Assembly (NCBI GenBank): GCA_963782575.1 | Contig: CAWAKI010000004.1 | Coordinates: 586,746 to 650,745, forward strand | Length of the DNA: 64,000 nt | Origin: an uncultured Solirubrobacteraceae bacterium | GTDB lineage: Bacteria > Actinomycetota > Thermoleophilia > Solirubrobacterales > Solirubrobacteraceae | Direction: 5' to 3' | In this document: positions 54,789 to 64,000 of the stretch, piece by piece | How the letters are laid out: each line of letters opens with the position of its first letter | How positions within the stretch are numbered: position 1 is the first letter of the stretch | The notes under the pieces: generated by a model | Told to the model about the DNA's origin: nothing | Database searches by the model: none | What the model saw: the letters and a program-made list of their open reading frames with translations, nothing else | Made by a program: the position numbers and the translations under genes

Positions 54789-55466
54789 ATGTCCGAGGCG
54801 ATCGAGGCGTTCTCGGCGCACGCGCCGGACTACGACGCCAAGCGGCGCGCGATCGTGCCGTGCTTCGACGACTTCTACGGGACGGCGGTCGAGCTGCTCG
54901 GGCTGCGCGGCGGCCCGGTCGAGCGCGTGCTCGACCTCGGTGCGGGTACCGGGCTGTTGAGCGAGGCCGTGCTGGCGGCCCACCCGCAGGCGCGCGTCGT
55001 GTTGCTCGACGGCTCGGGCGAGATGCTCGCGCGGGCGGCGGCGCGCCTGCCGCGCGAGTCGGTCGAGATCGTCCGGGCTGACATGCGCGAGCCGCTGCCC
55101 GACGGCCCGTTCGACGCGGTCGTCTCATCGCTTGCGATCCACCACCTGGAGCCGCCCGAGCAGCGCGAGCTCTACCTGCGGATCCCCTCGCTGCTGCGCC
55201 CCGGCGGCGTGTTCGTGAACGCCGAGCACATCGCCGCACCGACCGAGTGGCTCGAGCGGGCTTGGCGGCGGATGTGGCGGGCGGCGGCGGGCGCCGCGGG
55301 CGCCGATGCTGCCGAGCTCGACGCCGCCGACGTGCGGATGGAGCTGAACCGTTGCGTGACGCTCGAGCAGCAGCTGCAGTGGCTCGGCGAGGCGGGCCTC
55401 GTCGATCACGACTGCTTCTTCAAACAGATGCACTTCGCGGTCCTCGGCGGCTGGCGCGCGGGCTAG
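54789..55466 (+). CDS. Class I SAM-dependent methyltransferase (CmoA/Tam-like)
   Basis: VLDLGAGTG, FDAVVSSLAIHHL, LRPGG. Confidence 0.88.
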   Translation: MSEAIEAFSAHAPDYDAKRRAIVPCFDDFYGTAVELLGLRGGPVERVLDLGAGTGLLSEAVLAAHPQARVVLLDGSGEMLARAAARLPRESVEIVRADMREPLPDGPFDAVVSSLAIHHLEPPEQRELYLRIPSLLRPGGVFVNAEHIAAPTEWLERAWRRMWRAAAGAAGADAAELDAADVRMELNRCVTLEQQLQWLGEAGLVDHDCFFKQMHFAVLGGWRAG

Positions 55467-55533
55467 CGCAGGACGCTCGGGGGTCCGGCGCGCGCGCTCG
55501 CGTCCTCGGGCGGGGGGCAGTTAGACTGTTCTC

Positions 55534-55848
55534 ATGTCTGAGGCGACGGCGGTGCCCACCGAGGAGGACGTGATGGACGCCCTCTCGAACGTGATCGATC
55601 CCGAGCTGGGGCTCGACTTCGTCGAGCTCGGGCTGATCTACACGGTCGAGGTCGCCGCGGGCAACGTGAAGGTCACTTACACGCTGACCACGCCGGGGTG
55701 CCCGATCGGCCCGCAGGTGGACGAACAGATCCAGGAGTTCGTCGGCGAACTCGACGGCGTCAGCGCGGTCGAATCGGAGATGGTGTTCACGCCGCCGTGG
55801 TCGCCCGAGATGATGAGCGAGGAAGCGAAGTTCGCACTCGGGTACTGA
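55534..55848 (+). CDS. SufT/PaaD-like (DUF59) Fe-S cluster assembly factor
   Basis: DPELGLDFVELGLI, TTPGCP, PPWSPEMMS. Confidence 0.9.
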   Translation: MSEATAVPTEEDVMDALSNVIDPELGLDFVELGLIYTVEVAAGNVKVTYTLTTPGCPIGPQVDEQIQEFVGELDGVSAVESEMVFTPPWSPEMMSEEAKFALGY

Positions 55849-55888
55849 GCGGGCGCGCCCCCGCGGCGCGGCTGGTGCTCGAGGCTCT

Positions 55889-57304
55889 CTAGGCCGGCGC
55901 GACCGCGGTCTCGCGCGCGAGCGCGACCAGCGTCGCGAGCTCGGACTCGATCCACTCGCCGATCAGCTCGAGGTCCGGGACAGCGTCGAAGTCGGCCAGC
56001 AGCCCGAAGTTCATCTGGCCGTTGTAGGACATGATCGCGATCGCGAGCGCGTGGTTTTCCGGCAGGAACGCGACCGGCACCGCCAGCACCATCTCGCGCC
56101 CGAGCACGTACAGCGGGAACTGCGGGCCCGGCACGTTCGTGACGATCAGGTTGAACAGCCGCGTGGAGAAGTTCAGCCGCGAGGCCTGCGCGAGGATCGT
56201 CGGCGGCGCGTAGTTCTGTGCCCCCGAGATCACCTCGGCACCGAGTGCCTGCTTCGACTCCTTCAGCCCGTCCATCGCGTGCGAGACGAAGCGCAGGCGG
56301 TGAAGCGGGTCGCCGATGTAGATCGGCAGCGGCCCGCGCATCACGACGATGCGGTTGCCGCCGGTGCCGTGTTCGTCCTCGGTGCGCACCGACACCGGCA
56401 CGAGCGCGCGCATCTCGACGCCCTCGGTGCGGCGTCCGCGCGAGAGCAGGAACGAACGCAGTGCGCCCGCGACGATCGCGAGCACGACGTCGTTCACGGT
56501 CCCACCGAACGCGTTCTTGACCGTCTTCAGGTCCTCGAGCCGGCTCGCCACCGCGACGAAGCGCCGGTGCGGGCCGATCGGCACATTCAACGGCGTGTGG
56601 GGCGCCGGGTTCAGCGCCGCCCATACGATCTCGCCGACCCCCTCGGCGGCCTCCCCGGCCTGCGCCAGCGCGCGCTCGGGGTGGGTCAGCGCTTCGGTCG
56701 CGCGCTCGAGGAGCGTGACGCCGGTGCGCACAGCGCCCGTGACACCGGCGGCCAGCAGCTGCGCGGTGCCGGGTTCGGGGTGCGGCTGCCAGGCTTTGCC
56801 GGAGTGGGGTATCTGCGGCGGTTCGGGCGACAGGTCGAACAGGACGGTCGCGAGGTCGACGCCCGCGATGCCGTCGATCAGCGAGTGGTGCGTCTTGGTG
56901 ATCAGCGCGAAGCGGTCACGCTCGAGGCCCTCGATCAGCCACATCTCCCACAGCGGCTTTGAGCGGTCGAGCTGCTGGGAGAAGATCCTCGCGGTCAGCT
57001 CCTGCAGCTGCTCCCAGCTGCCCGGGGCGGGCAGCGCCGTGTGGCGGACGTGGTACTCGAGGTTGAAGTTCGGGTCGTCGATCCAGACCGGGCGCCCGCT
57101 GTCGATCGCCGTGTGGGCCAGCTTGTGCCGGTAGCGCGGCACGAGGTGCAGGCGGCGGCGGATCTGTTCGAGGAACTCCTCCATCGTCGGCGGGGGGCCC
57201 TCGACGAGGGTCAGCCCGCCGATGTGCATGTGCGAGTTGGGTCCCTCCTGGTGCAGGAACGAGGCGTCGACTGGGGTCAGCCGGTCGAGGTGACGCTGCG
57301 GCAT
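55889..57304 (-). CDS. Wax ester synthase/diacylglycerol acyltransferase (WS/DGAT)
   Basis: HHSLIDG (HHxxxDG), LDRSKPLWE, TVNDV, TNVPGP; ATG at 57304. Confidence 0.93.
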   Translation of the reverse strand: MPQRHLDRLTPVDASFLHQEGPNSHMHIGGLTLVEGPPPTMEEFLEQIRRRLHLVPRYRHKLAHTAIDSGRPVWIDDPNFNLEYHVRHTALPAPGSWEQLQELTARIFSQQLDRSKPLWEMWLIEGLERDRFALITKTHHSLIDGIAGVDLATVLFDLSPEPPQIPHSGKAWQPHPEPGTAQLLAAGVTGAVRTGVTLLERATEALTHPERALAQAGEAAEGVGEIVWAALNPAPHTPLNVPIGPHRRFVAVASRLEDLKTVKNAFGGTVNDVVLAIVAGALRSFLLSRGRRTEGVEMRALVPVSVRTEDEHGTGGNRIVVMRGPLPIYIGDPLHRLRFVSHAMDGLKESKQALGAEVISGAQNYAPPTILAQASRLNFSTRLFNLIVTNVPGPQFPLYVLGREMVLAVPVAFLPENHALAIAIMSYNGQMNFGLLADFDAVPDLELIGEWIESELATLVALARETAVAPA

Positions 57305-57354
57305 CGCGCCTAGCGTATCGGGCCCGGCCGGTGGGGGCCAATACAATGAGGCGC

Positions 57355-58338
57355 GTGCCGAGCACCGTCGAGACCCTGATCCTGGCAGCTCCCCGCGGAT
57401 ACTGCGCGGGCGTCGACCGGGCCGTGCAGACCGTCGAACAGGCGCTGCGCATCCACGGTGAGCCCGTCTACGTGCGCAAGGAGATCGTCCACAACAAGCA
57501 CGTGGTCGAGGAGCTCTCAAAGCGCGGGGCCGTGTTCGTCGAGGAGGCGAGCGAAGTCCCGCAGGGCTCGGTGTGCGTCTTCTCCGCCCACGGCGTCTCG
57601 CCGGCGGTGCGCGCGAACGCGCAGGAGCGGCGCCTGCAGACGATCGACGCGACCTGCCCGCTGGTCACGAAGGTGCACCGCGAGGCGGTGCGGTTCGCCG
57701 ACGAGGGCTACACCGTCGTGCTCGTCGGGCACGCCGGCCACGAGGAGGTCGAAGGCACGATGGGCGAGGCGCCCGAGCGGATCGTGCTGGTCGAGGACGA
57801 GGCCGATGTCGACCGCCTCGAGATCGAGAACCCCGAGCGGATGGCCTACATCACCCAGACCACGCTCGCCGTCGACGAAACCGCTGCGATCCTCGCGCGC
57901 CTGCGCGAGCGCTTCCCGGCGATCGTCGGTCCGCGCACCGACGACATCTGCTACGCGACCACCAACCGGCAGGCGGCCGTCAAGCAGATCGCCTCCAAAT
58001 GCGACCTGCTGCTCGTGATCGGCTCGCGCAACTCGTCGAACTCCGTGCGCCTGGTCGAGGTCGCGCGCGACTGCGGGACCGAGGCGCACCTGATCGACAA
58101 CGCGGGCGAAGTCCGCGAGGAGTGGCTGGACGGCCCGCGCGTCGTCGGGATCTCCTCCGGCGCGAGCGCGCCCGAGAACCTCGTCGCCGAGCTGGTCGAG
58201 TTCTTCCGCGCCCGCGGCGTGACCGACATCTCCGAGTTCGACGTGATCACCGAGGACGTCCGCTTCATGCTGCCCAAGCAGATCCGCCTCGCCGTGGCGG
58301 AGTCAGCCCGGCCGCAGGGAGCGGTCGGGACCGCCTGA
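57355..58338 (+). CDS. ispH: 4-hydroxy-3-methylbut-2-enyl diphosphate reductase
   Basis: PRGYCAGV, EIVHN, SAHG, DATCPLV, TQTT, ICYATTNRQ, SSNS; probable leaderless GTG start. Confidence 0.96.
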   Translation: MPSTVETLILAAPRGYCAGVDRAVQTVEQALRIHGEPVYVRKEIVHNKHVVEELSKRGAVFVEEASEVPQGSVCVFSAHGVSPAVRANAQERRLQTIDATCPLVTKVHREAVRFADEGYTVVLVGHAGHEEVEGTMGEAPERIVLVEDEADVDRLEIENPERMAYITQTTLAVDETAAILARLRERFPAIVGPRTDDICYATTNRQAAVKQIASKCDLLLVIGSRNSSNSVRLVEVARDCGTEAHLIDNAGEVREEWLDGPRVVGISSGASAPENLVAELVEFFRARGVTDISEFDVITEDVRFMLPKQIRLAVAESARPQGAVGTA

Positions 58339-58399
58339 GGCCGCACGCGACAGGAGCGGCGGGCCCCGCGCTCCCGGCCGCTCGGCCCGCGCGAGCACG

Positions 58400-59521
58400 A
58401 TGCGCACGCTGATCCTCTCCGACCTGCATCTCGGGAGCAACTCCGAGATCGACCTGCTGCGCCGCCCCGAGCTGCGGGCGAGCCTGCTCGAGGCGCTCGA
58501 CGGCGTCGAGCGCCTCGTGCTGCTGGGCGACGTGCTCGAGCTGCGCCACGGCCCGATGCGCGAGGCGATGGCCGCCGCGCGGCCGTTCTTCGAGGAGCTC
58601 GGCCGCGCGCTGGAGGGCCGCGAGCTCGTGATCGCCGCGGGCAACCACGACCACGCGCTCGTCGAACCCTGGCTCGCGGCCCGCGGCGCCGAGGCGGCAC
58701 CCGCGCCGCTCGCGCCCGAGCAGCTGCTCGAGCCGGCGGTCGTCTCGCCCGGCATGGCGCGGATCGCCGCCTGGGCGCGCCCCGCGCGCGTGCGCGTGGC
58801 CTATCCCGGCCTGTGGGTGCGCGAGGATGTCTACGCGACCCACGGGCACTACCTCGACTGCCACCTGACGGTGCCGACGCTCGAGCGCCTGAGCGTGGCG
58901 ATGATGAGCCGCCTGCTGCGCCGCCCCGCGAGCGCCCTCGCGGGCGCCGACGACTACGAGGCGCTGGGCGCCCCGGTGTTCGCTTGGCGCGACGTCGTCG
59001 CGCGCGACGCGCGCACCGGCGCGGCGCTGAACGGGATGGCGACCGTGTCGGCCTGGCGGGCGCTGTCGGGCGTCGACGGCGACGGGCGCGCGCGTCTGCC
59101 GGAGCGCGTGCGCCGCCGCGCGCTCGCCGGGGCGTTCCCGCTCGCGGTCGGGGCGCTCAACCTCGCCGGGCTCGGCCCGCTGCGGGCCGACATCTCGCCC
59201 GTGGAGCTGCGGCGCGCGGGCCTCGAGGCGATGGGGGAGGTGGCGGCGCGGCTCGGCCTCGGCGACGCCTACGTGGTGTTCGGCCATACGCACCGCGCCG
59301 GCCCGTTCGCGGAGGATCTGCAGCAGGAGTGGGAGGGGCGCGCCGGCGCGCGGCTCGTCAACTGCGGCAGCTGGGTCTATGCGGCGGTCTTCCTGAGCCG
59401 CTCGGGTCCGGAGAACCCGTACTGGCCCGGCTCGGCGGTGCTCGTCGAGGAGGACGGCCCGCCGCGCGTGCTGCGCCTGCTCGGCGACCGCACGCGCGAG
59501 CAGCTCGCGCCGGTCGCCTAG
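58400..59521 (+). CDS. Calcineurin-like metallophosphoesterase
   Basis: SDLHLG, LGDV, GNHD, THGH, FGHTH, NCGSW. Confidence 0.88.
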   Translation: MRTLILSDLHLGSNSEIDLLRRPELRASLLEALDGVERLVLLGDVLELRHGPMREAMAAARPFFEELGRALEGRELVIAAGNHDHALVEPWLAARGAEAAPAPLAPEQLLEPAVVSPGMARIAAWARPARVRVAYPGLWVREDVYATHGHYLDCHLTVPTLERLSVAMMSRLLRRPASALAGADDYEALGAPVFAWRDVVARDARTGAALNGMATVSAWRALSGVDGDGRARLPERVRRRALAGAFPLAVGALNLAGLGPLRADISPVELRRAGLEAMGEVAARLGLGDAYVVFGHTHRAGPFAEDLQQEWEGRAGARLVNCGSWVYAAVFLSRSGPENPYWPGSAVLVEEDGPPRVLRLLGDRTREQLAPVA

Positions 59522-60813
59522 CCGTATTCGGAGGCGAAGGCCGCGAGCGCTTCGCCGGGTTGGGTGAGGCGCCCGCCCGACAGCTGCATCGCCCAGCCGC
59601 CGTCGTTGCGCGAGTAGACGAGCAGGTCTCGCAGCCAGCCCGCCGCGTGGTCGGGCCGCGCGGCCTGCAGTTCGGCGCTCAGCAGGCGTGCCGCCTCGGC
59701 GGCGCTGCCCGCGTCCTGCGGGCTCGAGCCGCACTGGCTGCTCGCCTTGTTGACGTCCGGGGCGCAGAAGCCGAGCTCGGAGACGCTGAGGTTGTTCTGC
59801 CCGGAGGTCATTTCGGACTGGACCTGAGGCAGCGAGCCGATCCCGGCGGCGGCCGTGTGCACATAGGGGTGCAGGTACCAGCCCTTGACCTCGGTCTGCA
59901 GCAAGGGCCTGGCCTTGTAGAGCGCGCCGACCCAGCCGCCGCCGGTCGCGCCCGCGTAGATCTGGGAGAGCGGCAGGCCGACGCGCGCCGCTTCGGGCTC
60001 GAGGCGCGCGAGGATCGCCGCGTACTGCGCCGGGGTTCCGTAGCCCCACGGCTCGTTGACGACCTCGAACAGGATGCCGGCGGCCGGGTAGCGCGCCTCG
60101 ATTTCGGCCGCCGAGTCGACGAACCCGGTCACGTATTCGCGGATCGCGGCTTCGCTCGTCGGCAGGCACCGGCTTTCCCAGCTGCAGTTGCTGTAGCCGC
60201 TGAACTCGATCGTGACGACGGGGATCATGCCCGCGTCGAGCGACGCCGTGAGCCCCCGTTCGCCGGCCGACAGCGGCTCGCCGGCGAGCCACTCGACCGG
60301 GCCGCTGCGGTCATAGACGACGTGGTGTTCGACGAATTCGTCGACCGGGCCGAGCCCGCGGGAGCTGTTCCCGTTCAGGCCGAGCCACGGCCCGTTCGGC
60401 GGCGGGTCGTAGGCGTAGCGTCCGGCGGGCACGCCGGCTGAGGTCTCACCGCGCGCGTTCGTGACCTGCACCTCAGCTTCGCCGCTGCCGGGGGGCGCCA
60501 CCGCGGTGAGCTCGCTTTCCGAGGACACCGCCACGTGGGGCGAGGGCCGCCCGCCGAAGGTGACCGAGCGAACCGGGCTCGATGCGAAGCCGGCGCCGCG
60601 CACGACCACGGTCGCGCCGCCCGCCTGCGGGCCGTTGTTGGCTTCGATGCGGGTCACGAGCGGCGCGGAGGCGCCGGTCGCGAGCTGCGGCACCGCGAGG
60701 CTCGCCGTCAGGCAGCATGCCGCCAGCAGCCCCATCCGCCGGAGAGCGTATTCGAGCGCTCGCGAGGCGCCCGCGCCCCGCCGAGGGGCGCCGCTTGTCG
60801 CGCGCGGTGACAT
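59518..60813 (-). CDS. Secreted IPT/TIG-domain protein with clan GH-A-like glycoside hydrolase domain
   Basis: GPQAGGATVVVRGAGF (IPT/TIG); VNEPWG acid/base, HPY, VSELGF nucleophile. Confidence 0.75.
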   Translation of the reverse strand: MSPRATSGAPRRGAGASRALEYALRRMGLLAACCLTASLAVPQLATGASAPLVTRIEANNGPQAGGATVVVRGAGFASSPVRSVTFGGRPSPHVAVSSESELTAVAPPGSGEAEVQVTNARGETSAGVPAGRYAYDPPPNGPWLGLNGNSSRGLGPVDEFVEHHVVYDRSGPVEWLAGEPLSAGERGLTASLDAGMIPVVTIEFSGYSNCSWESRCLPTSEAAIREYVTGFVDSAAEIEARYPAAGILFEVVNEPWGYGTPAQYAAILARLEPEAARVGLPLSQIYAGATGGGWVGALYKARPLLQTEVKGWYLHPYVHTAAAGIGSLPQVQSEMTSGQNNLSVSELGFCAPDVNKASSQCGSSPQDAGSAAEAARLLSAELQAARPDHAAGWLRDLLVYSRNDGGWAMQLSGGRLTQPGEALAAFASEYG

Positions 60814-60880
60814 CGCGGCCCCGAACCCTAGCCGCCGCCGTCTGCCGCGACGGCGCTGATCAGACGATTCTCACAGGCGC

Positions 60881-61642
60881 TCACGCGAGGCCCGGCGTGA
60901 AGCACGTCGCGTGGCACTCCACCCCCGCGCCGATCTCGAGCGCGAGCGTGCCCTCGGTGTGGCGCGGGTGCGAGACCAGCTCGTACGCGCCCGGGTGATC
61001 GACCGCCAGCTCCCCGCGCGCGCCGTCGGCCGCATCGAAGCGCACGGTGCCCGTCCCGCTCAGCACGAGCCACACGCCGCCGGCCGCGTATGGGCCGCCG
61101 TACGGGCCCTCGCACTCGGGCGAGGGCGGGGCCAGCAGCGCGCCGGGCGCGTCCTCGGGGCGCAGCGGCGCGAGCGGCTCGCGCGTCACGCCCAGCAGCT
61201 CCTGGATCGCGAGCTCGGTGCCCACGTAGTCGCCTTCGCCGTAGTGGTACTCGAACAGGCGTGCGCCGCCGTCGAACAGGTAGCGCGCCGGCCAGCCCTG
61301 GTTCTCGTACTCCTGCCAGAGCTCGAACTCGGCGTCGAGCAGGACCGGGTGGGAGATGCCGAGCCGCGCGACGGCCTCGCGCACGGCGCCCTCGTCGCGC
61401 GAGGGCGGAAAGCCGGGCGAATGCACTCCCACCACCCGCAGCCCCTCATCTCCGTAGCGCTCGTGCCACGCCTTCACGTAAGGCAGCGTTCGCAGCGAGT
61501 TCGGCCGGCAGAAGTCCCAGAACTCGACCAGCAGGGGCCGCCCGCGCTGCAGAACGCTCACCTGTCCGCCGCCCGGCGTGTTGACCCACGGCAGGTTGCG
61601 CGGGAACAGGGGGGCGGGGATGTCCTCTACGGGTGCTCGCAA
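60881..61642 (-). CDS. DipZ-like thioredoxin-fold protein
   Basis: LVEFWDF..NSLRTLPY, VVGVHSP, WPARYL, HYGEGDY, FTPG; TTG start inferred. Confidence 0.8.
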   Translation of the reverse strand: MRAPVEDIPAPLFPRNLPWVNTPGGGQVSVLQRGRPLLVEFWDFCRPNSLRTLPYVKAWHERYGDEGLRVVGVHSPGFPPSRDEGAVREAVARLGISHPVLLDAEFELWQEYENQGWPARYLFDGGARLFEYHYGEGDYVGTELAIQELLGVTREPLAPLRPEDAPGALLAPPSPECEGPYGGPYAAGGVWLVLSGTGTVRFDAADGARGELAVDHPGAYELVSHPRHTEGTLALEIGAGVECHATCFTPGLA

Positions 61643-61669
61643 TCGCGCTGCGCCTGTCAGGCAGTTCGT

Positions 61670-61739
61670 GGTCGGCACATGTGCCGACCCGGAGGATCGG
61701 CGCATGCGCCGATCCTGGGGCGGGCGCATGCGCCCGCCC
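61670..61739. repeat. Three tandem perfect palindromes centred on CATG
   Basis: 61670-61689 (20 bp), 61693-61716 (24 bp), 61718-61739 (22 bp). Confidence 0.9.
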
Positions 61740-61765
61740 GGCCCGCGTCAGCGGGCCCACGACTG

Positions 61766-63160
61766 TTAGCCGATCGAGCCCACCATCTCCAGCTGGATCA
61801 AACGGTTGAGCTCCACCGCGTACTCCATCGGCAGCTCCTTGGTCACCGGCTCGATGAAGCCGTTGACGATCATCGCCGCCGCCTCGTCCTCGGTGAAGCC
61901 GCGCGAGCCCATGTAGAACAGCTGGTCGTCGGAGATGCGACCGACGGTGGCCTCGTGCGCGACCGTGACATGCGGGTTCTGGATCTGGATGTCCGGCCAG
62001 GTGTCAGAGCGCGATTCGCCGTCCATCATCAGCCCGTCGCACTGCACGCGCGCTTTCGAGCCGGCCGAGTTCGAGCCCATCTTCACGAGCCCGCGGTAGC
62101 CCATGATCCCGCCGTCCTTGGAGATCGACTTGGCGAGGATGTTCGAGGTCGTGTTGGGCGCCAGGTGCACGACCTTCGCGCCGGTGTCCTTGTGCACGCC
62201 CTTGCCGGCCACACCCACGTTCAGGTGGTCGGCGCGCGCGCCCTCGCCCATCAGGAACGAGCCCGGGTAGAGCATCACGTACTTGGCGCCCATCGAGCCG
62301 CCGACCCACTCGACGGTGCCCTCTGCATCGACCACCGCGCGCTTGGTGTTCAGGTTGTAGACGTCCTTCGACCAGTTCTGCACGGTCGTGTAGCGGGCCT
62401 TCGCGCCCTCGTGCACGAAGATCTCGACGACCGCCGAGTGCATCGAGTTGACGCTGTAGGTCTGCGCCGTGCAGCCCTCGATGTAGTTCACCTCAGAGCC
62501 CTCGTCGGCGACGATCAGCGTGTGCTCGAAGGTGCCCTCGCCGGCGCCCTCCATGCGGAAGTACGCCTGCAGCGGGAGGTCCACCTTGACGCCCTTCGGC
62601 ACGTACAGGAACGAGCCGCCTGACCACACCGCGCCGTGCAGCGCCGAGAACTTGTTGTCCTGCGGCGGCACGCATTTGTTCATGAAGTATTTCTGGACCA
62701 GCTCCGGGTACTCGCGGATCGCCGTGTCCATCGAGCAGAACAGGATCCCGAGCTTCGCGTACTCCTCCTTGAGCCCCTCGTAGACGGGCTCCTGGCGCCA
62801 CACGCCGACGACGCCCGCCAGGTGCTCGCGCTCGGCCTGGGGTATGCCGAGGTCCTCGTAGGTTTTCTTCATCTCGTCCGGGACTTCGTCCCAGGAGTTG
62901 AAGCGGCCCGCGGTCGGGGGCGAGTAGAGGACCAGCTCGTCGAGCTCTAGGCCACTGAGATCCGGCCCCCAGTTCGGCATCGGCTTGCGTTCGAAGATCT
63001 CGAGCGACTTCAGCCGTTTCTCGGCCATCCAGTCGGGCTCGTCCTTGATCTTGGACAGCTCGCTGACGACCTCGCGCGAGATGCCCTTGCGGGCGACCAG
63101 CTGGCCCTGCTCGTCCTCGACGATCGGGCTCGGTTTTGCAATTCGGTCGACAGTTGCCAT
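61766..63160 (-). CDS. sufB: Fe-S cluster assembly protein SufB
   Basis: SKIKDEPDWM, LGIPQAER, WSGGSFLYVP, FEHTLI, YIEGCTA, VQNW, HEATVG, ELPMEYA. Confidence 0.95.
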   Translation of the reverse strand: MATVDRIAKPSPIVEDEQGQLVARKGISREVVSELSKIKDEPDWMAEKRLKSLEIFERKPMPNWGPDLSGLELDELVLYSPPTAGRFNSWDEVPDEMKKTYEDLGIPQAEREHLAGVVGVWRQEPVYEGLKEEYAKLGILFCSMDTAIREYPELVQKYFMNKCVPPQDNKFSALHGAVWSGGSFLYVPKGVKVDLPLQAYFRMEGAGEGTFEHTLIVADEGSEVNYIEGCTAQTYSVNSMHSAVVEIFVHEGAKARYTTVQNWSKDVYNLNTKRAVVDAEGTVEWVGGSMGAKYVMLYPGSFLMGEGARADHLNVGVAGKGVHKDTGAKVVHLAPNTTSNILAKSISKDGGIMGYRGLVKMGSNSAGSKARVQCDGLMMDGESRSDTWPDIQIQNPHVTVAHEATVGRISDDQLFYMGSRGFTEDEAAAMIVNGFIEPVTKELPMEYAVELNRLIQLEMVGSIG

Positions 63161-63185
63161 TTGGGGATCCTTGGTGGGGGTCGCG

Positions 63186-63213
63186 AATCCTGTGCTGTGA
63201 GGTAGGAATTGTA
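63186..63213 (-). promoter_or_regulatory. sufB -10 element (TACAAT) overlapped by an Rrf2-type operator-like dyad
   Basis: Minus strand TACAATTCCTACCTCACAGCACAGGATT; imperfect AATTCCT/AGGATT inverted repeat. Confidence 0.5.
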
Positions 63214-63245
63214 TCGCGGGGGCGGGCGGGGCTCCGTTCCGCGGC

Positions 63246-63352
63246 TGTCCGAGCGATGACCGGGCTCGCGTCCGGCGCCTCGCACGCGAGCGGGCACCGC
63301 CGCGCGCGAGTGTCCGGGCGATGACCGGCTCGCGTCCGGCGCCTCGCACGCG
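63246..63352. repeat. Pair of 42-43 bp direct repeats
   Basis: TGTCCG.GCGATGACCGG(G)CTCGCGTCCGGCGCCTCGCACGCG at 63246-63288 and 63311-63352. Confidence 0.85.
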
Positions 63353-63444
63353 CCCACGCACCGCAACTCCCCCCGCGCGCGGCTGTTATCCAGACATCCA
63401 AATACTCGAACGGCCCACGGACGGGCCGTGGAATGGGGGAAGAA

Positions 63445-64000
63445 ATGGCGGGTCCTCTCACCAGGGGCGCGGCGATGCGCGCTGCCCTTCTCGCGCTCGT
63501 CGCGATCTGCACGGTCCTCGCGGGCTTCCAGGCCTCGGGGATGGCGAGCGTCCAGTCGAGCAGGTCCGGTTGGTCGTGGGCGAACCCGACACCCCAGGGC
63601 AGGACGCTGCGCGCGATCGCGTTCTCATCAGGCGCCGGCTACGCGATCGGCGCCGGCGGCACCGCGCTGTCCACCAACGCGGCCGGCAGCTCGTGGACCG
63701 GCCTCGTGACCGGCACCTCGCGGGATCTCGAACGGCTCCAGGTCGTCAACCCGGCGACGCTCGTGATCGGCGGCGGCGAAGGGTGCGTGACACGCATCTC
63801 CGAAAACGCCGGCCAGACCTTCCGGCGCATCTTCGACGTCGCCGAATCGGGCTGCGCCGAACCGGTCGCCGCGTTCAGCTTCCTCTCGGCGAAGGTCGGC
63901 TGGCTGCTGCTGCGCAACGGGTCGGTCGAGCTGACCACCGACGGCGGCGAATCCTTCGCGCGCCGCACGGCGATCCCGGGGACGCCGGCCTCGAGCGGCG
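63445..64000 (+). CDS. Secreted YCF48/BNR-repeat beta-propeller protein, 5' part only
   Basis: Signal peptide; WSWANPTPQG, ISENAGQTF, TTDGGESF Asp-box repeats; open to the window end. Confidence 0.8.
   Translation, partial: MAGPLTRGAAMRAALLALVAICTVLAGFQASGMASVQSSRSGWSWANPTPQGRTLRAIAFSSGAGYAIGAGGTALSTNAAGSSWTGLVTGTSRDLERLQVVNPATLVIGGGEGCVTRISENAGQTFRRIFDVAESGCAEPVAAFSFLSAKVGWLLLRNGSVELTTDGGESFARRTAIPGTPASSG

Noticed and set aside
63246-63352. Mini CRISPR array
   Set aside because: Only two 42-43 bp repeats with a 22-nt GC-rich spacer; no leader and no cas genes

Overview
A 64 kb high-GC chromosomal segment, most likely from an actinobacterium of the Thermoleophilia/Solirubrobacterales (inferred from gene content and style, not from a search). 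It is mostly housekeeping DNA: fatty-acid genes, tRNA-Thr(UGU), xseA-xseB, a c-di-AMP riboswitch ahead of an NlpC/P60 hydrolase, a PspA/PspAA/HtpX/PspAB envelope-stress locus, lgt, lysA-hom-thrC-thrB, orphan parA, a PBP, marP-topB-addB-addA, gltB-gltD, WS/DGAT, ispH and sufB. No CRISPR array, prophage or IS was found. About 6.9-33.8 kb and 44.7-49.7 kb are full of single-base indels that break even essential genes, so these are treated as sequencing errors and the affected coordinates are approximate. The most interesting candidates are: (1) an orphan, zinc-finger-capped homolog of the aGPT-pyrophosphorylase clade 3 DNA-hypermodification family (52400-53440), overlapping a flavin monooxygenase; (2) two unannotated sRNA candidates (about 2136-2296, and a 6C/CCUCCUCCC-type RNA at about 10675-10760); (3) two riboswitch-like leaders, before a muramidase-like gene and before gltB; (4) three evenly spaced CATG-centred perfect palindromes downstream of sufB. 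All family assignments come from motifs recognised by eye.
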